Below are positions 15,300 through 37,158 of a stretch of 64,000 nucleotides of DNA, one piece after another. The notes beneath the pieces are model-generated. The model was not told the DNA's origin and made no database searches. It worked only from the letters and a program-made list of their open reading frames with translations. Source of the DNA: the human T2T-CHM13v2.0 reference genome, Homo sapiens; assembly GCF_009914755.1 (NCBI RefSeq), contig NC_060934.1; one strand, given 5' to 3'. How positions within the stretch are numbered: position 1 is the stretch's first letter; each line of letters opens with the position of its first letter. The position numbers and the translations under genes were made by a program.

Positions 15300-15812
15300 T
15301 GATGGACAGTGAGAGAAAAGGGGTGTGGACCTAGGTATGTCCACAGTGAGGGGGTCAGGGTACGGAGTTTATATGAGGGTTTAAGGTATGTGACTCAGGG
15401 CCTGAGCCAGTACTTTCAGTGTTTTGGGCAACAACTTAGATACTTTTACCAGTGCCTGGGACTGTTCAAAGCCCCAGTTTGTGTTGAAGCCTGCTGGGAT
15501 GAACCTGCAGATGGCTAGGTCACAGAGCAGTCAAGGCACTCTAATTTTTTATTCAGGACACAGAAAGAAAGCCGCAAGGGGCTGTGCGGGAGGTCTCCTG
15601 GGGGCCCTACACAAATGTTGTTGGTGTCTCGTCTACATATCCTCAGTACTTCGTGTTCCATACATGCTGAAAAAGTCCTCTGAGCACTTGCAAATTTTCA
15701 CTTAAGGACTTTTTCTGGACCCCTCTAGGGCAGGTCTGAAGTGCCACAGATTTTTCCACTGGAAGCATCCTCAATCAACAACAAATGGTAATTGAAGGAT
15801 AACTATAGCAAT

Positions 15813-16219
15813 TGTGGTAGGCTGAAACATGACTTCCAAATATATGAAGGCTAAGTCCCTGGAAACATGAATATTAACTTATACAGGCAAAGTTGTGATT
15901 AAGTTAAAGATTTTGAGATGAAATGATTATGCAAGTGGGCAATCACATGAATCCATTTAAGAGACAGGAGATTTCACACAGACAGACAAGAAGGTAATGT
16001 GACTACAATAGGCAGAGATTGGAGTGATGTAGACAAGTCAAGGAATTCTAGCAGCCACCAGAAAGGGGAAGAGATAAAGAACAAACTCTCCCCTAGAGCT
16101 CAGTCCAGTGATATTAAGTTCAGACTTGCAGCCTCTAGAACTGTGAGAGAATAAATTTCTGTGTTTTAAGCCACCAAATTTGTGATGATTTGTTACAGCA
16201 GCCATAGAAAGCTAATATA
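15813..16219 (+). mobile_element. MLT1-type MaLR LTR
   Basis: tgtggtaggctgaa... start, agaactgtgagagaataaatttctg... and ttgttacagcagccatagaaagctaata end. Confidence 0.8.
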
Positions 16220-16282
16220 CCAATAAAATATAACAAAAACATACCAATGTCCTTAATCCTCAGAGGTAGAACACCTCTAAGG

Positions 16283-16621
16283 CAGCGCTCCCCAGCCTTT
16301 TTGGCATCAGGGACGGGTTTTGAGGAAGATAATTTTTCCACAGATCAGGGTGGGGGATGGTTTCAGGAAGAAACTGTTCCACTTCAGATCATCAGGCATT
16401 AGTTAGATTCTCATAAGGAGCGTCCCACCTAGATCCCTCAAATGTGCAGTTCACAGTTGGGTTCAAGCTCCTATGAGAATCTAATGCCTCCACCGATCTG
16501 ACAGGAGGCGGAGCTCAGGCAGTAATGTCACTCACCTGCCGCTCACCTCCTGCTGTACAGCCCAGTTCCTAACAGGCCGCGGACTGGTACAGGTCTGTGG
16601 TCCCAGGGTTGGGGACCCCTG
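16283..16621. mobile_element. MER1B hAT-Charlie non-autonomous DNA transposon
   Basis: TIR-like ends cagcgctccccagcc / ggttggggacccctg, 8-bp TSD ctctaagg / ctctaaga, and typical MER1 internal motifs. Confidence 0.88.
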
Positions 16622-16793
16622 CTCTAAGACATCTTCCACTTTGTCTCCCAAAGATTGAGTTCCACCTGCAGAGATATCCTACTCATCAGCACACACTATT
16701 AGTGTCCTTTGCTTCCCTGCCTCACAACCCCACCCTGCTAGAAATGGTTCCTGGACTCACCTTCAAAATAAACCACTTGCACTCAAGTCCTTA

Positions 16794-17260
16794 TGTATCT
16801 GTTTCCTTGGGCTGCCGTAAAAAAGAACCAAAAATTGGGTGGGTTAAAACAACCAAAATGTATTATCTCACAGCTCTGGAGGCAAGGTGTCTAAAATCAA
16901 GATGTTGGCATTGTTTGTTTATGTTTAGGGCTCTGAGGAAGAATCTGTTCCATGCCTCTGTCCTGGATTCTGGTGACAGCTGGCAATCCTTGGCAATCTT
17001 TGGCTTGTAGATGCATCAATCCAATCTCTGCCCCCATCTTTACATATTATTCTCCATGTGTCCCTCTGTCTTCACATGTCTGTCTTCCCCTCTTATAAGG
17101 ATACTAGTCATATTGGATTAAGGGCCCACCCTAATGACCTCATGTTAACTTTATTACATCTGCAAAGACCTTTCCAAATAAGATGATGTTCATAGTTACC
17201 AAGGATTAGGATTTCAACATATCTTTTTTTTTTTGGAGGGGGGACACGATTCAACTCAAG
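16794..17260 (-). mobile_element. MLT1-type MaLR LTR
   Basis: ttataaggatactagtcatattggattaagggcccaccctaatgacctc and other MLT1 motifs. Confidence 0.8.
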
Positions 17261-17986
17261 ATCAAATTCAGAGGACCCCAGCGTACCACTTATTTAGGTA
17301 ATTTTTATGTTTCCCTAGATATGAATTATTTCATTGAATCCTCAATAATCTTATGATATAAATATTAGCTGTGTTTAATTTGTTTTTATTTAATTAATGA
17401 ATTACAGGATTAGATATTACAGTGTGGCCAAGTTTGTGTTTACACCAGATGGGAAACATAACAAGATGCCAGTCCTGCTAGTGGGAATAGTTTTCCAACA
17501 AAAGGGATCAAATGCCTTAAGCTGTTTTCCTAATCTGCAATATTATGGTCAGGGAAAAATTTTAGAGGGATTTTCCTAGGGTTGTGATACATGTTCTTTT
17601 TTATTTAAGATGTTTGTTGATAAATTAAGCTAAGAAATGACATTTCCTGTTTCTTTACTTACATTGATTGTTCAAAGCCATTCTTTATTTATTCATTGTC
17701 TTTCAAAATCCCTAGGGAAGGAAAAGTGGATGCCATGCACAAAGTCATGCACAGTTTCTGATAGTCCTTTGAGCAGCAATAGTTTTTCACCCTCCACTCT
17801 GTACCAGACTCTGCTAGGAGCTCGCTGTGAAAGAACGTTCTGTAAAACAAGGATGTATTGTCTCTAGGTCTCTATTCCAAAGCTGCTGGGAAGTATAGCT
17901 GAATGGGAAGGAAACTATCAAATAAACTAACATCTAAGGTATCATGTATATCATCCTCACACCTCCCACAATGCCAGTCCTACTTA

Positions 17987-23344
<5,358 letters not shown>

Positions 23345-23532
23345 TAAATCAGAGAACCACATCAATAGATGTAACATTTTTTAAAGTTTCAGTTGTAATT
23401 AATGTCCAAAAAAGACAGTATATATTGTTATGGCACATTATAATAAGGAAAAATGGCCTGGTCAAGGAGGTTACAGTAGGCTTTTCCAGAAAAAATAATG
23501 ATTGAACTGAGATTGAGAAAAATAGGAGTCAA

Positions 23533-23534
<2 letters not shown>

Positions 23535-23573
<39 letters not shown>
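23535..23573. repeat. (TG)n microsatellite
   Basis: Read directly from the sequence. Confidence 0.95.
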
Positions 23574-23574
<1 letters not shown>

Positions 23575-24337
23575 TGGTGATTAGAAATTTCTAGTAGATG
23601 AAACAGCGTGTTCAAAGCCCTGTGATTAAAGGAAGCACAGCTTTATTAAAAGGAGCACAGCTCAGGGTTTGCTTCCTGCTTTCTTTCTCCCTCTTCCCTT
23701 CCTTCTTTCCTCCCTTCCTTCTTTCCTTCCTTCCTTTCTTCCTTCCTTCCTTTATTTCTCCTTTCACCTTGAATTCAGAGAGTTAACAACTTTCTCAGTT
23801 TCTGACACATTATCATCAATGCAAAGATTCTCTTTTGCTTTTTGAAATTTATCTGTATATTCAGTTTTGTCTCCTTTCAGCAATTCCATTCTCCTCTCTT
23901 TCATAGGCAACCATTTTAATGCGTTTAATATACATTTTGAAACATGTTATTGTAAAAAAATGACTGTTTTGTTTATATATTATTAATTTATGTCTATGAT
24001 ATTGTTTTATTAGTTTCATTTCTTTTTTCACTTGGCACTACGGTTTTAATATTCGTCCAAGCTGCTCTTTGTATATCTAATCTGTTGTTTCTAATTGCTG
24101 CATAGTGCTCCAGGGTGGTTCATCTGCCACTTAGTACATATTTACTCCAGTTTTGGATTGTCTCCAATTCCTTTTCACCTCACACAACAAGGACTTCACT
24201 CACACACTTTAATGAACATCCTCCAACATGTCCTCATGGGGACCTGTGAGAAAATTCCTTGAAGGGTATAACCAGGAGCACAACTGCTGGGTGATAGTTG
24301 ATGCATGCCCTTGACTAAATCATGCCAACTGGGTCTT

Positions 24338-24790
24338 ATAAACCAAAAAGAGTATCTGGGATAGGTCTCCATCAGTTTAGAGGTTTGTTTTGTCAAGGTT
24401 GAGAAAGTGTCTGGGAAAAAAAAAACCCCACAGTAGAATCTGTGGCTCGCACTTTTTCCAAAAAGGGTTTTGAGGGGTTCAGTTTTTAAAGAGGAGAAAG
24501 CAGGCTGGATGGGGAAGGAGGAAACAAAACAAAAGGGGAGAGTAGGAAAAAATTAGGTAAGTGGTTACAGTCTTTTAAGGCTTTGATTATTTCTCACTGA
24601 ATCCACATGTTGTATGTATGTGGAGGAACAGCCAATTCTGTGTTTGTCTCATGCTCAGTAAATCTGCAGTTTATGTAAGATAAAGTAAACGTAGAGTAGA
24701 GGAAGAAGTCAAATATGCATTCATCTCGGGGTTGGCAGTGGGACAATTTCTAGCCTCCTCTCATCCTGTACACGTGAAGATAAGCTGGGT
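24338..24790 (-). mobile_element. Partial ERV1 LTR (MER4-group-like)
   Basis: taaaccaaaaagagtatctgggataggtctccatcagtttagaggtttgttttgtcaagg resembles the reverse-complement U5 end of MER4-group LTRs. Truncated by Alus. Subfamily uncertain. Confidence 0.6.
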
Positions 24791-24794
24791 CCTG

Positions 24795-27012
<2,218 letters not shown>

Positions 27013-27319
27013 GAGTATCTGTCAAAAAAGACATAGGAACGAACTTTAGGGGCTCTCAATGACCAAATATGGGACAGTTTAGTACTGTATTTTAAGCAGG
27101 TAGAATAAAACGATAATCTATTAGTCTGTGCTGATATAAATAAATAATCGAATAAATAAACAGAGGAGAAAGGAAATCTCTTTCTTACCTTAGAATTCCA
27201 ATTAAATGTAGAACAAATGATGGATATAGATGCCATTTGGCAAACATCATAGGGATAAATGTTTCAAGCATAAAAAGTATGAGGAGAAACAGAAGTACAT
27301 TGTCTTTAGGTATTTCCTT

Positions 27320-27560
27320 ATGTCCCTGCTACCATAACCTGTTTTGCCAGGATCCAAGCCCCCATTCCTTCCATAACCTCAAGATGATATATAAGCTTCT
27401 AAACTCCATTGGGGGATGGATAATCACTCTGTGTGTGTTTTTCCCTGTGTACATGTTAATAAAATTTATATGCCTTTTCTCCAGTTAACCTGCCTTTTGT
27501 GGGTTGATTTTTCAGTGAAACTTCAGGAGGCAAAGGAAAAGTTTTACCTTGGTCCCTAAA
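27320..27560 (+). mobile_element. 3' part of an ERV1 5' LTR (MER34/MER39-like end)
   Basis: TATATAA at 27388-27394, AATAAA at 27458-27463, terminus ...gttttaccttggtccctaaa directly followed by a PBS. Confidence 0.7.
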
Positions 27561-27563
27561 GTT

Positions 27564-27581
27564 TGGTGCTGTGAGCGGGAT
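27564..27581 (+). promoter_or_regulatory. Retroviral primer-binding site, tRNA-Ser(CGA)-like
   Basis: TGGTGCTGTGAGCGGGAT versus the complement of the tRNA-Ser(CGA) 3' end as recalled, TGGCGCTGTGAGCAGGAT (16/18). Leader splice donor GG|GTAAGA at 27653. Confidence 0.7.
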
Positions 27582-28239
27582 CACCAAAGCGGATCTGTTC
27601 TTCCAGAAGCCACAGTGAAGGGAACCCAGGACTTGACAAGCCAGAACAAAGGGTAAGAATTTCTCGCCAGTCAGGCTCCAGGCCTCTCTGTGGAAACTGG
27701 GTTGAGTAGATGGTGAAAATCACTGTTCTCTTTTTCCTCTGCAAAATTTTGATGAATAGGAGAAAAGGATTTGTGTGACCAGTCTTGGGTGTAGTGACTG
27801 TGGTATATTTTTTGGTCTTTTGTTATGAATATTCATATTGTTTGATCCCTTTCCTCATAGAAATTGTTTGTTTGTTTGTTTTTTCCCCCTTTGTATTTGT
27901 CTTTCTGTGTTGTTCTTTTATAAAAAAGGGTACCAGATGAGGTTTCTGCTTGTCTTATTTTATATCCTTGAGGGTTTGACTTGTGAGCAAGTATTCTCTC
28001 TTGATCTCCACCATCCTGGGAATGTGATTTTCAGAGGACATCAGGTGACCAGCCTGAAAATGGCTGGGAACTCAAGATTTTTTGTTCCAAATGTGTCAAG
28101 CTCTTAGGAGAGTTTGTCTATCTTAGCCTATTCCCGGGAGTGAATTTTTTGTCGGGGATCTTCGGACTTGTTTCCTCACCTTCCACAAAAAGGCTATTGG
28201 ACTGAGTCACTATTGGAATGAATACAACATTAGACATTA

Positions 28240-31276
<3,037 letters not shown>

Positions 31277-31585
31277 AATTTTTAATTCTTAAAAATTTAA
31301 ATACTTGTCCTTCCAACTGTGCCTGTTTTTCACTTATTTAAACTATTAGGCCCCACGAACTACAAATACTTCGCTAGTCTTATTCATTAATGGGCTCCAT
31401 CCTGAGCACAATGGTCCAGTTAAAAAACAAATATTAAATTAAAAGCCACCTATCTAAATAAAATTGGTCTCCTTATAAAATCCTAAGGTAAATTCCTGTG
31501 ATTTTGTGTTACCTTGATGTTCATTTTTAATCTTCTTCTAACTTACACACCCAAACTTCTTCCTAAAAAGCTTAAATTCTCTCTG

Positions 31586-32048
31586 TAAGGGAGGAGACCA
31601 CCCCTCATATTGTCTAATGCCCAATTTCTGCCTCCAAAGAAAGAAGAAGTAAAAACTAAAAGGCAGAAATGAAATCCACAAGCAGACAGCCTGGCGCCAC
31701 ACCCTGGGCCTGGTAGTTAAAGATCAACCCCTGACCTAATCGGTTATGTTATCTATAGATTACAGATATTGTATAGAAAAGCACTGTGAAAATTCCTGTC
31801 CTGTTCTGTTCCATTCTAATTACAGGTGCATGCAGCCCCCAGTCATGTACCCCCTGCTTGCTCAATCAATCACGACCCTCTCATGCGGACCCCTTTAGAG
31901 TTGTGAGCCTTTAAAAGGGACAGGAATTGCTCACCTGGGGAGCTCAGTTGTTGGAGACGTGAGTCTTGCTGAAGCTCCTGGCTGAATAAAGCCCTTCCTT
32001 CTTTAACTTGGTATCTGAGGGGTTTTGTCTGCGGCTTGTCCTGCTGCA
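31586..32048 (+). mobile_element. 5' LTR (LTR2 family), 463 bp
   Basis: taagggaggagaccacccc...gtcctgctgca, with AATAAA near 31985. About 95% identical to 39246-39704. Confidence 0.93.
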
Positions 32049-32053
32049 TTTCT

Positions 32054-32071
32054 TGGTTCCCTGACCGGGAA
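32054..32071 (+). promoter_or_regulatory. Primer-binding site complementary to tRNA-Glu
   Basis: TGGTTCCCTGACCGGGAA is the exact complement of the tRNA-Glu 3' end TTCCCGGTCAGGGAACCA. Confidence 0.93.
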
Positions 32072-32597
32072 GCGAGGTGATTAATGGACGGTTGAGGCAG
32101 CCCCTTAGGTGGCTTAGGCTTGCCCTGTGGAACATCCCTGCGGGGGACTCCAGCCAGCTTGAGCAACGCAGATCCTGAGAGCGCTCCTGGGTAGGCAATT
32201 GCCCCGGTGGAATGCCTTGCCAGAGCAGCGCATGCAGGCCCCCACAGAGGATTAACACAGTGGCTGAACACCGGGAAGGAACTGGCACTTGGAGTCCAGA
32301 CATCTGAAACTTGCTAAGACTAGTCTTTGGAACTTGCCCATTCCATTTGAGTGGCAGTGTGGCCTGAACACCCACGGTGTGCCTATACCGGCACTTTGGT
32401 TTTTGTTTTTGACTTGACTTGGATTGCTTGATACTTTCGTTTTGGTTTCGACCTGGCTTGGATTTCTTGATACTCTGATTTTGGTTTTGATTCTGGTTTG
32501 GTGTAAACTATAAAAGTGTGTGTGTGTGCCCTTTTTACCCGTTCTTTGTATTGTGGTGTGCGTGTGGTGTGAGCGTGGTGTTTTCTCTTGAAGAAGC

Positions 32598-32890
32598 ATG
32601 GGTCAGGCACAAAGTAAGCCCACCCCACTAGGAACTCTGTTGAAAAATTTCAAGAAAGGATTTAAGGGAGACTATGGAGTATTATGGCACCAGGAAAACT
32701 TAAAACTTTGTGTAAGATAGACTGGCCAGCATTAGAGGTGTGTTGGCCATCAGAAGGAAGGCTGGACAGGTCCCTTGTTTCAAAGGTATGGCACAAGGTA
32801 ACCTGTAAGCCAGGGCACTCAGACCAGTTCCCGTACATAGACACTTGGTTACAGCTGGTTTTAGACAACCCCCACCCCCCCAGCGGTTGA
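32598..32890 (+). pseudogene. Truncated, frameshifted gag (matrix N-terminus)
   Basis: MGQAQSKPTPLGT... then ...KLKTLCKIDWPALEVCWPSEGRLD...PYIDTW, gammaretroviral MA-like. Followed by a GA-rich tract (about 32905-33145). Confidence 0.8.
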
Positions 32891-34497
32891 GAGAACAGCA
32901 GCATAAGTGGCTGGCAGAGGCAAGGAAAGACCAGCAGAGAGAGAAAGAGGAAGAGACAGAGAGACAAAGAGGGAGTCAAGGAAAGAGAGAGAGTGAGAGC
33001 GAGACAGAGATAGAAAGAGAGAGGCAGAGAGAGAGAAAGAGACAGAGGCAAAAGGAAAGTCAAAGAGAAAAAAAGACAGAAAATCAAAGCGAAAGAAAGA
33101 AGGAAAAACAAAGCAGGAAAAAGAAAGAAAGAAAGAGAAAGAAATAGACATACAAGTAGTTAAGAAAAAAACTGTGTACCCTATTCCTTTAAAAGCCAAG
33201 GTAAATTTAAAACCTATAATTGATAATTGAAGGTATTCTCCATAACCCTATAACACTCCAATACCATTTTGTTGTCAGTGTAAACAAGGGCATATCTGAA
33301 AGCACCGAGGCCTTCCTATCAAAAATCCTTAACCCAGTAACCCACAGATGGCCCGAATGCATTCAATCTGTAGTGGCAACTGCTTTGCTAACAGAAAAAA
33401 GTAAAAAAATAGCTTTTAGAGGAAACCTGATTGTGAGCACACCTCACCAGTTCAGAAGTATCCTAAGAAAAAAAAGAAGGATGATTTAACATTAACCACT
33501 GAAAATTCCCTTAACCCAGCAGGTTTCCCAACAGGGGATCTAAATCTTAATTACCACAGAAGGTCCGACCAGGCCTAGGAGGAACTCCCTTCAGGACAGG
33601 AAGATTGATGGTTCCTCCCAGGTAATTGAAGGAAAAAAAAAAAGCCATCTATACCAATTCTAAATTAATTTGGACAAAACAAGGTCTTATTAATAGCAAA
33701 GGATAATTAAAATCCCAAACTTACAAGGTTTTCAACAAAAGTAAAGTTTGCTAAAAGTTAACAGTGTAACATGTATTATAGTAACTTCTAATCTTGTGAC
33801 CTTAGACTGTCTAGTCCACAGACATAAAAGAAGTTCACTTTGGAAAAGAATGGTTATCATCTTTGAAAAAAAAAAAGGAAAAAAAGGAGGGGCAGAATTT
33901 ATGTAAAAAGAGTGTTATATGGTAAATTCTTGTTCCGAAATAAATTAACTGGTTGTTTAAAGAAAAAAATGTTTGTAATAAGTCAGAAAGTTGAGGCATG
34001 TTGAAGAATTGTCTGCGAAAGTCGTGAAAGAGAAAAATGTTATAAAAAATAATTTATGCAAGAAATGTTGTATAATTTGAAAGTAACTAGGCCTCCTGAA
34101 TGTAAAACTATTGAAAAAAAAAGCAGATTATGTGCAAGGCTATAAGGAAAGTAAAATATACCTTTGGTAAAAGGATTATAAGAAGGCATAAGAATGTAAA
34201 TTTTTATCTACATTAAAAGATTAAAAAATTTGTTTTGGAGGTTTAAGCAAGTTTTAAAACATTAATCATAAAAAAAATTCTGTGTGTAAACATATTAGCT
34301 AAAGTTAAAGGAGTATCATCCAGTTTTTCTGTAAACTGGACATTAAAGTAAAAACACAATGGGTTTTTCTTAAAGCACTAACCTGCTCTTCAACAAAGAT
34401 TATAAAAAGTTAAAAAGAGTCTATAAAAATCTTGCCTTATGGCCCAACATAAAAATTGAATAAATATGTATACAAAGTTTTATTAAAACTAAGTTTA

Positions 34498-34797
34498 GGC
34501 TGGGCGCGGTGGCTCACACCTGTAATCACAGCACCTTGGGAGGCCGAGGCGGGCGGATCATGAGGTCAGGAGATTGAGACCAACCTGGCTAACACAGTGA
34601 AACCCCGTCTCTACTAAAAATACAAAAAAATAGCTGGGCGTGGTGGCAGGTACCTGTAGTCCCAGCTACTCGGGAGGCTGAGGCAGGAAAATGGCTTGAA
34701 CCCAGGAGGCAGAGCTTGCAGTGAGCCAAGATAGGCCACTGCACTCCAGCCTGAGTGACAGAGTGAGACCCTGTCCCAACAAAAAAAAGAAAAAGAA
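34498..34797 (+). mobile_element. AluY-like insertion inside the provirus
   Basis: Full dimer with TSD aaactaagttta. Confidence 0.9.
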
Positions 34798-35099
34798 ACT
34801 AAGTTTAATATTAATAGCACACTAATATAAAGGTGAAATTTAGCTTATCTGGTATAAAAATCATACAAGAGCATTATTAAATATAAAATGGTATTTGGCT
34901 TTCTTTGGTCTAAAAACTAATAAAAATAGATGCTAAAGGAAATTTCTCAGTAAGAAGGCACCAAAGACTATAAAGTCCACTGTTGATGTCCCCACATTTA
35001 AAACAAAAAGTCAATTTCTTAAAAATTATACACTTGGTTTATCTTCCACTTTCTTTTCCCTCAAAATTAAAAGTCTTTTAGCACAGGTACCACCCCTAG

Positions 35100-36520
35100 A
35101 ATTTCCAGTAAACCAGCACCAGCCTGAAGATCACCTTCTTATCAAAGGGTGGAAAGAAGAAAAACTCGAGCCAGCCTAGGAAGGATCCTACCTTGTGCTG
35201 CTAACCACTGAGACTGCTGTTCATACAGCAGAAAAGGGATGGACTCATCACACCCGAGTCAAAGCGCCACCCTCTCCAGAGTCATGGGCCACAGTCCCAG
35301 GGGAAAACCCTACCAAACTAAAGCTAAGAAAAATTTAACTCTTTCATCTATTCTATTACTCTTTCTTCTTTCCTCGCTCTATTGCTGACCATCTGGTTAT
35401 TAACATAACCAAGTCAATTTCGCCTCAAAGTATTGCATTTAATGCTTGCCTTGTTATACCCTGTGGGGACTTGCGAAGTCAAAGACAGCTCTCTACTTCA
35501 GAAAAGTACCTCTGTCCCTCCTGACTCTCCTCAGACTGGGCATTAGTAAATTAGGACCATTTAATCCGGGGAAATTTCGATAAAGTCTCCAGTGTCAACC
35601 AGGAGTCTTGCTCCCCAGTGTAGAGCTTTTATGCTGTAGTTGGTCCAACATTCTGTGGACCACTAAAGAGCAAGGATGGACAGCCCCAACAGGTTTTTGT
35701 AATTTCCCAAAATCATACATTTATTTTACTAGAGGATCATAGAAGTTAAAGACTTAAAACAAACTTTGGCAATTAAGACAGCATACCAAGATGCAAATGC
35801 CTGGTTGGAATGGATCAAATATTCCATCTGAACACTAAACAAAAGCAATTGTTATGCTTGTGGACATGGCAGACCAGATGCCCAGATTGTACCCTTTCCA
35901 CTAAGGTGGTCCTCCAGTCAACCAGGCGTGGGCTGCATGGTAGCTCTTTTCCAGGATTCTACAGCCTGGAGTAATAAGTTGTGCCAAGCTCTCTCTGCTA
36001 TATCCCAAAGTTCGGCACCCTGTGGGTCAGCCCCCGAGGGCCATCCAGCCTCCGTTTCCCAACACTAAGTTCACTTCGTGTCTCTCACGACAGAGAGGAA
36101 ACTTAGCATTCCTAGGAGACCTGAAGGGATGCAGTGAGCTTAAAAATTTTCAAGAGCTTATCAATCAGTCAGCCCTTGTTCATCCCCGAGCGGATGTGTG
36201 GTGGTATCGTGGTAGACCTTTACTGGCACTCTGCTGAATAACTGGAATGGCACTTGTATTTTAGTCCAATTGGCTATCCCTTTCACCCTGGCATTTCATC
36301 AACCAGAGGGAGGAAAAATAAGACATTGTAAAGCGAGAAAAGCCCCTTATGGGTCTTTCGACTCTCACGTCCATTTAGATGCAACTGGAGTCCCAGGATG
36401 ACCACCAGATCAATTTAAAGCTTGAAATCAAATAGCTGCAGGATTTGAGTCAATATTTTGGTAGGTAACAGTTAATAAAAATGTAAATTGGATAAACTAC
36501 ATCTATTACAACCAATAGCA
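35100..36520 (+). pseudogene. Integrase C-terminal remnant and first, disrupted env-like segment
   Basis: KGWKEEKLEPA*EGSYLVLLTTETAVHTAEKGWTHHTRVK (GPY-type module), then env-like pieces with SNCYAC and VWWY motifs. Confidence 0.65.
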
Positions 36521-36539
36521 ATGAGCTTTTCATAAGTTA

Positions 36540-37090
36540 AAAGAAAAACTCATGTCGGCCCCAGCCCTGGGGCTACCTGACCTGACAAAACTCTTTATAC
36601 CCTATGTGTCAGAAAGAGGAAAAAATGGCAGTTGGAGTTTTAACCCAGACTGTGGGGCCCTGGCCAAGGCCAGTGTCCTATCGCTCAAAACAACTAGACG
36701 GGGTTTCCAAAGGCTGGCCCCCAGGTCAAAGGGCCTTGGCAGCAACGGCCCTGTTAGCACAAGAAGCAGAAAAACTAACCCTTGGGCAAAACCTGACTAT
36801 AAAGGCCCCCCCATGCTGTAGTAACTTTGATGACTACCAAAGGACATCATTGGTTAACAAATGCTAGATTAACCAAGTACCAAAGCTTGCTCTGTGGAAA
36901 TCTCCACATAACCATTGAAGTTTACAACACCCTAAACCCTACCACCTTGCTCCCGGTATCAGAGAGCCCAGTTGAACATAACTGGGTAGAGATGTTGGAC
37001 TCAGTTTATTCTAGCAGGCCCAACCTCTGAAACCATCCTTGAACATCAGTAGACTGTGAGCGGTACATGGACGGGAGCAGCTTTGTCAAC
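36540..37090 (+). pseudogene. pol remnant (RT connection to RNase H start)
   Basis: MSAPALGLPDLTKLF, AVGVLTQTVGPWPRPVSYRSKQLDGVSKGWP, HWLTNARLTKYQSLL, NTLNPTTLLP. Confidence 0.85.
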
Positions 37091-37158
37091 CCCTGCAAAG
37101 TGACTGTGAAGAAGATGACAAGCCCTGCTCCAGTCACACCCAGAAGCTGACTGGGTCC

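Noticed and set aside
32662-33199. Charged and hydrophobic ORFs of 100-149 aa
   Set aside because: Translations of the GA-rich low-complexity tract in the provirus.
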